Source of the DNA: Candidatus Saccharimonadota bacterium
GTDB lineage: Bacteria; Bacteroidota; Bacteroidia; Cytophagales; Amoebophilaceae
Direction: 5' to 3'
Length of the DNA stretch: 32,000 nucleotides
Assembly: GCF_936981045.1 (NCBI RefSeq)
Contig: NZ_OW441264.1
Span: forward strand, 810,001-842,000
Shown: in pieces, positions 18,054 through 26,835 of the stretch
How the letters are laid out: each line of letters starts with the position of its first letter
Position numbering within the stretch: position 1 is the first letter of the stretch
Notes under the pieces: model-generated
The model's database searches: none
Seen by the model: the letters and a program-made list of their open reading frames with translations, nothing else
Told to the model about the DNA's origin: nothing
Translations under genes and position numbers: made by a program

Positions 18054-18664
18054 TATCAGTACATCTATGGCCTTGCTTATCCCATCTTTAACTGTCTCTT
18101 TTCTTTTCATTGTTTTAAGTGTTATGATTTAGGTAAAGATAAATTCTAAAAAATATTTACATACTTAAAAAAAAAGACCCATTTACCAGTATAAATTCCT
18201 TGTATAAATTAGTATATTGTGCCATAAAAAAGATGGAAGAAAAGTGGACTATGCTCGTGCGAGAATGGGCATTAACGATATTTCAGCTCGACATCTTTTT
18301 TCCCGGTAGGTTAAAGTTCGAGTTGAGATAGAGCAGTACTGTGACACAGTTCATTGAACACTTCCCTCGTATCTTAACAGAATACCTGACACACTAAACT
18401 TAACTGAAAACTTTAAAGTCTAAGTTTTACTGCCTGTTAGCTTAAATATTGACTACTAAAATTTATTACAACGTTAGTATCCATTTAGGCAATGGTATTT
18501 AAAGCTGGAAAATCAGAAGCCGTTCTGAAACCCCATTAAACTGCTTTTCTATGCCTCTTTAAGGGCAGCTTGCCTACTGGTAACTTTTTAAAAGGGGGTG
18601 TTTTTTCTTGTTTCATGTTGCTAGAAAGTTGAATGGACAAGCGTTTTTTCTGTTTTTAGGTAAT

Positions 18665-19123
18665 ATGGAACTGGATAAAATAGATAAACATATTTTAAAT
18701 ATTCTGCAAGTTGATTCAAAAATCACAAATGCTGCGCTTGCACAAAAAATCAATCTGTCTCCTGCTGCTACGCTTGAACGGGTAAAAAAGTTAGAGCAAT
18801 ATGAAATCATCACCAATTATTCTGCACAAATTGACTATTCAAAGTTAGGTTTTTTGGTGCATGTAATGGTTGGTATTCGCCTGCATAAAATCACAGCTGA
18901 AAATATCAAGTTATTTAAACTTACAGTTGCTAAAATAGCACCCATTACAACTTGTTATCAAGTAATAGGTGACTTTGATTTTATTTTAATGGTGCATGCT
19001 AAGCATTTATCTAGTTACCAAACGATGGTAGTAGAAAAAATCTATATGCTTCCCTTTGTCGACCATGTGCAAACTTTTTCCGTCACCCAACGTGTCAAAA
19101 ACAAACAGTTGTTTCTAGAGTAG
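18665..19123 (+). CDS. AsnC/Lrp-family transcriptional regulator
   Basis: From the ATG at 18665 the protein reads MELDKIDKHILNILQVDSKITNAALAQKINLSPAATLERVKKLEQYEII..., an HTH followed by a ligand-binding (RAM-type) domain of typical length (152 aa). The start at 18608 in the track is a TTG inside the upstream repeat module. Confidence 0.85.
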   Translation: MELDKIDKHILNILQVDSKITNAALAQKINLSPAATLERVKKLEQYEIITNYSAQIDYSKLGFLVHVMVGIRLHKITAENIKLFKLTVAKIAPITTCYQVIGDFDFILMVHAKHLSSYQTMVVEKIYMLPFVDHVQTFSVTQRVKNKQLFLE

Positions 19124-19339
19124 GTTTTTAGCGCCTTGATAATTATACTGGTCTGAAAAATTCGGACAAAAATCTTTTAATTTATTTTCCGTATTGTTTA
19201 GTTTTAAAGTCATACAATAAATTAATCAGATGTGTAGAAATAAGATTAGGAATTTTAGTTCGGAAGAAAAAACTAGGTTCTGTCGCGTTTATTCTAAAAA
19301 ATCATTATTTTAGCATCTGCAGTTAAAAAAGTAGTTATT

Positions 19340-19953
19340 ATGTTTAATATTTCGCCCAAATTATTACCTTATTTTAAGGGCTATTGTTCTTCAGCAGAAG
19401 TCATCCTGTTATTTGTCTAGATGAAGTGTCGTTTTTCCTTGAGCTATAGAGATTTGGAAGATATGATGCGTATGAGAGGCGCAAGAGTTGATCGTTCTAC
19501 GCTACAAAGATGGGTTATTAAGTTTGTTCCTCTTATAGATGAAGCAGTAAGCAAAAGAAAACGACCAGTTGGTGGTAGTTGGAGAATGGATGAGACCTAT
19601 ATTAAACTAAACGGGAAGTGGATCTATTTATATAGAACAGTAGATCATTATGGTGATACAGTTAACTTTTTTCTATCTGAGCATAGAGACAAGTCTGCAG
19701 CTTTTTCTTTTTTTCGTAAGGCGATCACAGAAAATAATATTCCTAAGAAAGTAGTAATTGACAAAAGCGGTAGTAATAAAGCTGCCCTTGATACGATCAA
19801 TACAGAACTTGATCAAGATTATACCATTCAAATATTTCAAAACAAATACTTGAATAATAGAGTTGAACAAGATCATAGGTTTATCAAAAAACGGCTAAAA
19901 CCTATGCTTAGTTTTAAGTGTTTTAAGGCTGCAGCCATTGCACGCCGGCACAG
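19340..19953 (+). pseudogene. IS6-family transposase, 5' portion (in-frame TAG at 19418-19420, then interrupted by the group II intron)
   Basis: The ATG at 19340 gives MFNISPKLLPYFKGYCSSAEVILLFV, then TAG, then MKCRFSLSYRDLEDMMRMRGARVDRSTLQRWV...SWRMDETYIKLNGKWIYLYRTVD...KYLNNRVEQDHRFIKKR. These are IS6/IS26-type motifs (DETY.K..G.W.YLYRAVD and YLNN.IE.DHR.IK.R). Confidence 0.8.
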
Positions 19954-21904
19954 GTGTGCAACAAATGAGGTGTAAGTCCCCTGACTCTAATTTGTCTATT
20001 TCGGGAGTCTAGCAGGAGGTTGGATTTGTGAGGTGATTCACAGGTTTAAGTTACCTTTAAATGCATCTGCAAAATAGCGGGCTGCAACAAAAGTGAACCC
20101 AAATTAGCCTCGTTAAGCCGTTTAAGCACATTTGCCGACTGTCTAGTGGCTACAGGAAGGCTGATAGTAGGATGGAAAAAATAGACCATGACCATCATAC
20201 AAGTGCCGGGGTGTTAGGGGTTGCACGCTATGAATGTTTCACATCGTAGTCCGGGAGATCTGATATGAATCCAGTAGGCCACTGGAAACTTTATTGTATA
20301 AGTAAAGCGAAATCAATAAGGGTCATATCAGAAGTCCGCGGGGTCTATAATACCGTTCGTATTGATTGGGAAACCACTCAAGAGGAAAGGGACCCTACTT
20401 CAGTTAACGAGTTTAAAAGAGTTGAGAATGTCTGATTGCCCTAAAGCTATGAACGGAACATTAAAAGTTCAGCAACTCCAAAGAACTCTATATCTCAAAT
20501 CCAAGCAATGTAAGGAAGTCAGATTTTATAGTATATATGATAAAATTTATCTAAAAGATGTACTTTGGGAAGCTTGGCGTCAAGTCAAAGCAAATCAAGG
20601 TTCAGCAGGGATTGATGGTAAAAGCATAAGTGATATAATAGATCAAGGTGAGGCAAAGATTATCAATAAATTGCAGCAGCAACTACGCGCAAAGCTATAC
20701 AAATTTACCTCAAGCAGGTTGGTAGAAATACCCAAAGCTAAAGGTGGAACAAGGCCACTAGAGGTAATGACCGTAGAAGATCTCATAGTGCTCACAGCAA
20801 TGAAAATAGTCATTGAACCGATCTTCGAAGCTGATTTTCATGAATGTTCATACGGCTATAGACCGAAACGAGGAACCAAACAAGCGAGTTTAGTGATCCG
20901 AGAAGATCTATACCAGCAGGCATGGGGCGTAGTTGAGATTGATTTTCAATCATACTTTACTAGCATCTCACACGAAAAATTATTAAAACTTATTAGTAAA
21001 AGGATAGCAGATGGCAGTATGTTGAAGCTAATTAAACAAACCCTAACAACGTCAATAGTAAAACAAGGTAAAATTACATGCAAGAAAGTTGGAGTACCGC
21101 AAGGATCACCAATATCACCGTTGTATAGTAATATCTACCTAAATGTTATAGACCAAGTGTGGCACTCAAGGGGGTATCCAGAAAAGCTAAGCGCAACCTT
21201 GCATAGGTATTGTGATGATGCAATTTTGGTATGTCGTAAGAGTGCTAGCTTAGCGCTGGAGAAATTCATAGAATTAGTAAAGAGGTTATCGCTCATTATT
21301 AACCACCAAAAAACACGAATAACGAAACTGAAAGAAGGCTTTAACTTCATAGGTTTTTACTTTGTAAAAAGAAAGAGTCCAACAAGTGGCAGAAATAGCA
21401 TTTATGTATTTCCAACGAAACAATCCCAACAAAGCATCCGTAACAGACTAAAATACCTGACTTGTAGAAGAGCACCAATCAAACCTCAAGCATTCATCGA
21501 GCAAATAAAACCAATAGTGTTAGGATGGGTTAACTATTTTAAACATACGAATTCCAGTGAAGCTTTTGTTAGATTGCAGGACTTTATTAATAACCGATTT
21601 CGCAGATACTTAACCCATAGAAGAAAAGGCCGTGGGTGTGGGTGGCAAAGCTATCCCAATAGCAAACTCTATACAATGGGGATGTTGTACATTGGTAGTG
21701 GAATGATTAACTATCCTGAGAGAGTTGTGCAAGGTTTATGAAGAAGACTGTCGGACCGCCGTATTCGGGAAAACTGAACGTACCTTGGGATGAGAAGGGA
21801 ATGGGTAAACAATGAAGAATCAAGTTAGTCAGCTACTGTATTGCGAGCAATCAGAAGCAATAGATATGCTTAATTTTAAGTGGTCCAACCATTTCTTTAC
21901 TCTA
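19954..21904 (+). mobile_element. Group II intron (5' end fairly firm; 3' end uncertain, somewhere between about 21830 and 21906)
   Basis: GTGTG at 19954 fits the GUGYG 5' consensus and is followed by GGTGTAAGTCC at 19969-19979. About 470 nt of non-coding sequence (domain I-III sized) precedes an RT/maturase ORF. Downstream of the ORF is a domain V-like hairpin at about 21756-21789 (CCGCCGUAU-UCGG-GAAA...). Intron GTGCCGG at 20203-20209 is complementary to exon CCGGCAC at 19945-19951. Confidence 0.7.
20428..21741 (+). CDS. Group II intron-encoded reverse transcriptase/maturase (no endonuclease domain)
   Basis: RT motifs read from the ORF are QGSAGIDG (RT0/1), VEIPKAKGGTRPLEV, SYGYRPKRGTKQA, GVPQGSPISPLYSNIYLN, HRYCDDAILVC (a YADD variant) and NHQKTRIT. 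The maturase X motif is IVLGWVNYFKH. The C-terminal tail is short and has no HNH Cys motifs. I prefer the ATG at 20428 over the TTG at 20362 in the track. Confidence 0.9.
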   Translation: MSDCPKAMNGTLKVQQLQRTLYLKSKQCKEVRFYSIYDKIYLKDVLWEAWRQVKANQGSAGIDGKSISDIIDQGEAKIINKLQQQLRAKLYKFTSSRLVEIPKAKGGTRPLEVMTVEDLIVLTAMKIVIEPIFEADFHECSYGYRPKRGTKQASLVIREDLYQQAWGVVEIDFQSYFTSISHEKLLKLISKRIADGSMLKLIKQTLTTSIVKQGKITCKKVGVPQGSPISPLYSNIYLNVIDQVWHSRGYPEKLSATLHRYCDDAILVCRKSASLALEKFIELVKRLSLIINHQKTRITKLKEGFNFIGFYFVKRKSPTSGRNSIYVFPTKQSQQSIRNRLKYLTCRRAPIKPQAFIEQIKPIVLGWVNYFKHTNSSEAFVRLQDFINNRFRRYLTHRRKGRGCGWQSYPNSKLYTMGMLYIGSGMINYPERVVQGL

Positions 21905-22013
21905 GACCATTGTAGAGATAGAAAACATTCCTATGATTCAAAAAGGACAAGTAATCGGAGCTAAAAATCATCTTTCTACTTTTGAGAATTTTGTTATGCT
22001 AATGGCCGAATAA
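21905..22013 (+). pseudogene. IS6-family transposase, 3' portion
   Basis: The frame starting ACC at 21906 gives TIVEIENIPMIQKGQVIGAKNHLSTFENFVMLMAE*. This matches the IS6 C-terminal pattern (T/L.GIE...MI.KGQ). A TAG immediately precedes it in the same frame. Confidence 0.65.
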
Positions 22014-22087
22014 TAACCAATATATATCCAAAACTTCACTTAAAAGAAAAGACGTTACTAACGAAAATATAGACGCGACAGAACCAT

Positions 22088-23215
22088 ATGCAACCATCAT
22101 CTTTTGTCTTTTTTTCTGCAAAATATTTAAAAGTATTTATTTTCTTTTGGATGCCATCCATTAGCGGTTCATATATCCATGCTACATCAGAGCCAAACGT
22201 AGCGGCTGGAACGAACAAGCCATCTATTGCAGATAAACAGCTTATATGGGCCATTCAAGAGAATAATTTAAAAAAGGTTACTGCTTTATTACGTGATGTA
22301 AAAAACATTAATAATCAAGATTTTTTAGGATATACCCCATTACACTATGCGGCTAAATATGCTAAGACAGCAATTGTAGCACACTTGGTTGAAGCCAAAG
22401 CTTTTTTGGATCAAGTGAGTATTAGAAATGGCCATACACCTTTATTACTGGCGATTCAGAGAGGACATAAAAGGATTGCATCGCTTTTGCTAGTAGCTGG
22501 TGCAAATCCAAATATTGTAAATCATAAAGGATACAATGCATTACAACTTGCTATTCAACAAAATAGAAAGGACCTTGTTCAATTACTATTGCAAGCAGGT
22601 GCCACTTGTAGCGCCAGTCTTAGCCCTTTACGGATGGCCATTGAAAGAGGTAGTCTTCCAATCGTACAACTGTTGTTGCAACAAAAACAAATTATTGAAA
22701 CGAAAGATAAAAAGGGATATACTGAGTTGTATTGGGCTGCCAAGCAAAATGCAGTAGGTATCTTTAGCGCATTAGTAAAGTCTGAACGTTTTAATATTAA
22801 TGCAAAAGCAAATAATGGGGCTACCCCACTGCATTTTATAGCTACAAATAAAAAAAGTAAGTTTTTAAAAATTTTGTTGAATCATCCCTTATTGGAAGTC
22901 AATGCACAAGATAGTACGGGCAGTACACCATTACACTATGCAGCAGCTACTAATCAGCTAAAAACCGTGAATGGCTTATTGCGTTGTGCTTCCATTGATG
23001 TAAATATACAAAACAATATAGGCCAAACCGCTTTACATTATGCTGTTCAATACCAACATATGGCCATTTTAAAAAAACTATTAGCACGCGCTGGTAAGGG
23101 GATATGCATACAAAATAAAAAAGAGATTACACCATTAGAGCTTGCCATGCATCAAAATAACGTTAAAATGTATAACTTAATGCTAGCGCATATAAGTCTT
23201 TTAGGCGTTGATTAA
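22088..23215 (+). CDS. Ankyrin-repeat protein with an N-terminal signal peptide
   Basis: 375-aa ORF with a hydrophobic N-terminus (FVFFSAKYLKVFIFFWMPSISGSYIHA). About nine tandem 33-aa ankyrin units follow, with recurring G.TPLH.A ... LL..GA..N motifs. Confidence 0.85.
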   Translation: MQPSSFVFFSAKYLKVFIFFWMPSISGSYIHATSEPNVAAGTNKPSIADKQLIWAIQENNLKKVTALLRDVKNINNQDFLGYTPLHYAAKYAKTAIVAHLVEAKAFLDQVSIRNGHTPLLLAIQRGHKRIASLLLVAGANPNIVNHKGYNALQLAIQQNRKDLVQLLLQAGATCSASLSPLRMAIERGSLPIVQLLLQQKQIIETKDKKGYTELYWAAKQNAVGIFSALVKSERFNINAKANNGATPLHFIATNKKSKFLKILLNHPLLEVNAQDSTGSTPLHYAAATNQLKTVNGLLRCASIDVNIQNNIGQTALHYAVQYQHMAILKKLLARAGKGICIQNKKEITPLELAMHQNNVKMYNLMLAHISLLGVD

Positions 23216-23281
23216 CCCTTCTATTAGAGTTCGTGTGCACCGGACGCCACGCACTGTAATGATCTTAATTATACATCTGAG

Positions 23282-24571
23282 ATGATCAAACAGGATTCAA
23301 TTATTCTTAAACTGATAGCAAAAGAAAAAATACGTCAAGAAGAAGGATTAGAGTTGATCGCTTCTGAAAATTTTGTTTCTGCTCAAATAGCTGCTGCCAC
23401 AGGAAGCATTCTAACGAATAAGTATGCAGAAGGCCTTCCAGGCAAACGCTATTATGGTGGTTGTCATATTGTGGATGAAGTAGAATCCTTAGCTATTGAA
23501 CGAGCCAAAGCATTGTTCAATGTGGATTGGGTGAATGTACAACCACATTCTGGTTCACAGGCAAATGCAGCGTTGATGATGGGGGTTTTAAAGCCCGGTG
23601 ATAAAATTTTGGGATTTAATCTAGCCCATGGTGGTCACTTAACCCATGGATCTCCTGTAAATTTTTCTGGCAAATTATATCAATCTTTTTTTTATGGTGT
23701 AAACCGAGAAACGGGGCGTGTGGAATGGGAAGAAGTTGCACAAAAGGCAAGGAGGCTACAACCCGTTATGATGATTTGTGGTGCTTCTGCCTATAGCCGT
23801 GATTGGGACTATGTACGACTACGGGCGATTGCAGATGAAATAGGTGCATTTTTATGGGCAGATATTGCCCATCCTGCAGGTCTTATTAGCCAAGGGTTAC
23901 TCAATAATCCCTTCCCGCATTGCCACTTTGTAACTACTACAACGCATAAAACATTGCGAGGGCCTCGAGGTGGTATGATACTGATGGGAAAAGATTTTAA
24001 TAATCCCTTTGGTAAAACCAATGCCAAAGGGATGGTTCAACGTATGTCTACGCTACTTGATGCTGCTGTCTTCCCTGGCACACAGGGTGGACCACTGGTG
24101 CATAGTATTGCTGCCAAGGCTATTGCATGCTACGAAGCCATGACAAGCAACTATAAAGCTTATGCCATACAAGTACAAAAAAATGCAACCGTTATGGCAC
24201 AAGCATTGATGGATAAAGGATATAAAATTATATCTGATGGAACAGATAACCACTTATTATTGTTGGACTTATCTAGTAAAAATATCTCGGGTAAAAAAGC
24301 CGAAGCAGCCTTACAAAAGGCAGCTATTACCACTAATAAAAACTTAATCCCTTTTGACCGTACCACGCCACAAATAACCTCAGGTATCCGCTTGGGAACA
24401 GCTGCAATAACGACTAGAGGATTGGTAGCCTCTGATATGCTATTGGTAGTAGAATGGATCGATCGTGTGCTTAAAAATATTGAAAATGAATCAAAAATTA
24501 AAAAAGTAAAGGAAGAAGTCAATAAATATATGAGCCATTTTCCCTTAACCATGGTTGATCATTCGAACTAG
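23282..24571 (+). CDS. glyA: Serine hydroxymethyltransferase
   Basis: 429-aa ORF with [25 protein letters not shown] and the PLP-lysine motif [14 protein letters not shown]. Confidence 0.93.
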   Translation: MIKQDSIILKLIAKEKIRQEEGLELIASENFVSAQIAAATGSILTNKYAEGLPGKRYYGGCHIVDEVESLAIERAKALFNVDWVNVQPHSGSQANAALMMGVLKPGDKILGFNLAHGGHLTHGSPVNFSGKLYQSFFYGVNRETGRVEWEEVAQKARRLQPVMMICGASAYSRDWDYVRLRAIADEIGAFLWADIAHPAGLISQGLLNNPFPHCHFVTTTTHKTLRGPRGGMILMGKDFNNPFGKTNAKGMVQRMSTLLDAAVFPGTQGGPLVHSIAAKAIACYEAMTSNYKAYAIQVQKNATVMAQALMDKGYKIISDGTDNHLLLLDLSSKNISGKKAEAALQKAAITTNKNLIPFDRTTPQITSGIRLGTAAITTRGLVASDMLLVVEWIDRVLKNIENESKIKKVKEEVNKYMSHFPLTMVDHSN

Positions 24572-24639
24572 CCGAATAAGAAATTTGTATGCTACTTGTT
24601 GCAAGGGTATCTGTCCAAGTCAGTGGTAAATAAGGAATT

Positions 24640-25106
24640 TGGTATTGATCGAATCAAAGGCAGCTTTATTACTACCGCTTTTGTCAATTACTACTTTCTT
24701 AAGAATATTATTTTCTGTGATCGCCTTACGAAAAAAAGAAAAAGCTGCAGACCTGTCTCTATGCTCAGATAGAAAAAAGTTAACTGTATCACTATAACGA
24801 TCTACTGCTCTATATAAATAGATCTACTTCCCGTTTAGTTTAACACAGGTCTCATCCATTCTCCAACTACCACCAACTGGTTGTTTTCTTTTGCTTACTG
24901 CTTCATCTATAAGAGGAACAAACTTAATAACCCATCTTTGTAGTGTAGAATGATCAACTCTTTCGCCTCTCATACGGATCATCTCTTCCAAATCTCTATA
25001 GCTCAAGGAAAAACGACACTTCATCTAGACAAATAAGTAGGATGACTTCTGCTGAAGAACAATAGCCTTTAAAATAAAGTAATAATTTGGGCGAAATATT
25101 AAACAT
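24640..25106 (-). pseudogene. IS6-family transposase fragment of copy Y
   Basis: The 66-aa ORF at 24824-25024 ends at a TGG-to-TAG change (LNGK* versus LNGKWIYLY in X and Z). The coding similarity continues to about 24640. The upstream mini-ORF is shifted by a 1-nt insertion relative to X and Z. Confidence 0.78.
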
Positions 25107-25170
25107 AATAACTACTTTTTTAACTACAGATACTAAAATAATCATTTTTTAGAATAAACGCGACAGAACC
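24640..25170 (-). mobile_element. IS6-family insertion sequence, copy Y, truncated (5' two-thirds only)
   Basis: The right terminus ACGCGACAGAACC ends at 25170. Similarity to copies X and Z stops at about 24640, 70 bp after the glyA stop, and there is no second terminus. Confidence 0.78.
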
Positions 25171-25184
25171 AACAAAGCGTTATC

Positions 25185-26576
25185 TTATTTGATCGTTAAT
25201 TTGATCTTATTTTCAAGTGATGCATAGAACTGAGCATATTCTGGGTCTTTATTCAATAAGTCATCTATGACTTGTACAGCATGTATCACCGTTGTATGAT
25301 CCCTTCCACCAAAATAGGCACCTATGGATTTTAAAGAATGTGTAGTATATTTTTTAATTAGGTGCATAGCGACTTGTCGAGCAGCTACAATTTCCTTTTT
25401 ACGTGATTTACCCTTTAGATCATCTAAGGCAATATTATAATGTGCAACCACGTGCTCTTGTAGTACTTCAATAGTGGTTTCAGCAGTAGGTTGTTGCTGT
25501 ACAATATGTTTTAAAACTTGTTCGGCCAGTTCTATGTTAATGTCTCGTTTGGTCAACGAAGCATGCGCAATAAGTGAAATAAGTACGCCCTCTAATTCTC
25601 TTACATTGGTATCGACATGTTTGGCAATATAATTGATCAAGTCTGATGAAAACGTGATGCCATCCGCCGCTACTTTACTATGTATAATGGCAACACGGGT
25701 TTCAAAATCGGGACACTGTAAATCTGCTGTTAAGCCCCATTTGAACCTGGAAAGAAGGCGTTCTTGCAACCCTTTTAAATCACGTGGTGCACAATCACTT
25801 GTAATGATAATTTGTTTTTTTAGTTGATGCAAATGGTTAAAAATATGAAAAAAGATTTCTTGTGTTTTTTCTTTACCAGATAAAAACTGTATATCATCCA
25901 GAATAAGCAAATCTACCGCTAGGTATTGCCCTGTAAAAGCTTGAACGTAGTTGCTGCGCAAGGCTTCTATAAACTGCGTCGTAAATTTTTCAGAGGAAAC
26001 ATAAGCTACTTTTTTGTCTGGTAAAAATATTTTAACCTCATTTCCAATAGCTTGAGAAATATGGGTCTTGCCTAGGCCTACACCTCCGTAAAGCATCAGC
26101 GGATTAAAAGCAGTTCCACCTGGCTGCTTGGAAACAGCTTGTGCAGCAGACTTGGCAAGTTGGTTACAGTTTCCTTCTATGAGATTATCAAAAAGATAAT
26201 TAGGGTTTAATTGAAAGATTTCATTTCCTGAAATAGTAGATGGGTGTGCAATAACACTTTTTGGCGCTGGACCTGGGTAGGTAGGCAAATTCACCATCAA
26301 CGGCTTCTGCCTTTTATTCCCTTTGTCTATCACAACAGCATAGGCTAGTTTGCCATGAGGACCTATTTCTTGAAGTACTGCTTGCTTAAGCAATGGTAAA
26401 TGGTGCTCTTCTAACCACTCATAAAAAAATTGACTAGGGACTTGAATCATTAAGATACCATCCTTGAAATCTTTGGCTATAATAGGGCTGAACCAGGTCT
26501 TATAGGTTTGTTCACTGATCTGACCTTGAATATACAGAAGACATTTACCCCAAATAATTTTGCCATCGGTATGCAT
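25185..26576 (-). CDS. dnaA: Chromosomal replication initiator protein DnaA
   Basis: 463-aa ORF with Walker A (GGVGLGKTH), LLILDDIQFL, a sensor region, and a C-terminal DNA-binding domain (IVAARQVAMHLIKKYTTHSLKSIGAYFGGRDHTTVIHA). Confidence 0.93.
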   Translation of the reverse strand: MHTDGKIIWGKCLLYIQGQISEQTYKTWFSPIIAKDFKDGILMIQVPSQFFYEWLEEHHLPLLKQAVLQEIGPHGKLAYAVVIDKGNKRQKPLMVNLPTYPGPAPKSVIAHPSTISGNEIFQLNPNYLFDNLIEGNCNQLAKSAAQAVSKQPGGTAFNPLMLYGGVGLGKTHISQAIGNEVKIFLPDKKVAYVSSEKFTTQFIEALRSNYVQAFTGQYLAVDLLILDDIQFLSGKEKTQEIFFHIFNHLHQLKKQIIITSDCAPRDLKGLQERLLSRFKWGLTADLQCPDFETRVAIIHSKVAADGITFSSDLINYIAKHVDTNVRELEGVLISLIAHASLTKRDINIELAEQVLKHIVQQQPTAETTIEVLQEHVVAHYNIALDDLKGKSRKKEIVAARQVAMHLIKKYTTHSLKSIGAYFGGRDHTTVIHAVQVIDDLLNKDPEYAQFYASLENKIKLTIK

Positions 26577-26835
26577 GAATGACTTCTTTTTCAGCTATTT
26601 TAAAATCCTATTACCATATTATAGAAGATTGCTTTACGCCAATTATTGAGCAATACACAGATGCCAGGGGTTGTAATCGCTTTATGTTTGGACGGTATTT
26701 TGTTTTGGTATAAAACCAGCGTAAAACATCATAGGGCTTACTAACTGCCCAACTAGTCGATATATATGTCCCCTTTCTAAAAGCGCATGACGCTTTTTAT
26801 GAAAACCGTGAGGTCACTATAAAAAAATAGAAATT

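Larger units (their letters stand above)
16397..18110 (-). pseudogene. IS256 (Mutator-like) family transposase, disrupted by two MITE insertions and a frameshift
   Basis: Reading the minus strand gives MKRKETVKDGISKAIDVLI, then MITE-4, then LIESGVDLSRLF...NEGAKFWL, then MITE-3, then WLGNLTELKNRGMNDMLIECTDNLSG...VIYTTN. A 1-nt frameshift near 16585 precedes the final segment ESVNSQFRRVTKNKKVFPND... All segments follow the IS256 transposase consensus order. Confidence 0.8.
16358..18366 (-). mobile_element. IS256-family insertion sequence, copy 2 (about 1.53 kb without its two MITE insertions)
   Basis: The right terminus is GACACAGTTCATTGAACACTTCCC (18343-18366). An imperfect inverted match GGGCTCTGTCCACTTAAGTGTGT sits at about 16358-16380. 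Transposase coding sequence spans the interior. Confidence 0.75.
19276..22085 (+). mobile_element. IS6-family insertion sequence, copy X (about 0.86 kb) carrying a group II intron of about 1.95 kb
   Basis: Inverted termini are GGTTCTGTCGCGT (19276) and ACGCGACAGAACC (ends at 22085). The transposase coding sequence is split by the intron. No flanking direct repeat is visible. Confidence 0.82.

Noticed and set aside
20428-21741. The reverse transcriptase as a retron, DGR or defence-associated (Abi/UG-type) RT system.
   Set aside because: The ORF has the full group II intron RT0-7 set and the maturase X motif (GWVNYF). It is embedded in non-coding sequence that starts with GUGYG. There is no adjacent msr/msd-like repeat, no template/variable repeat pair and no effector gene.
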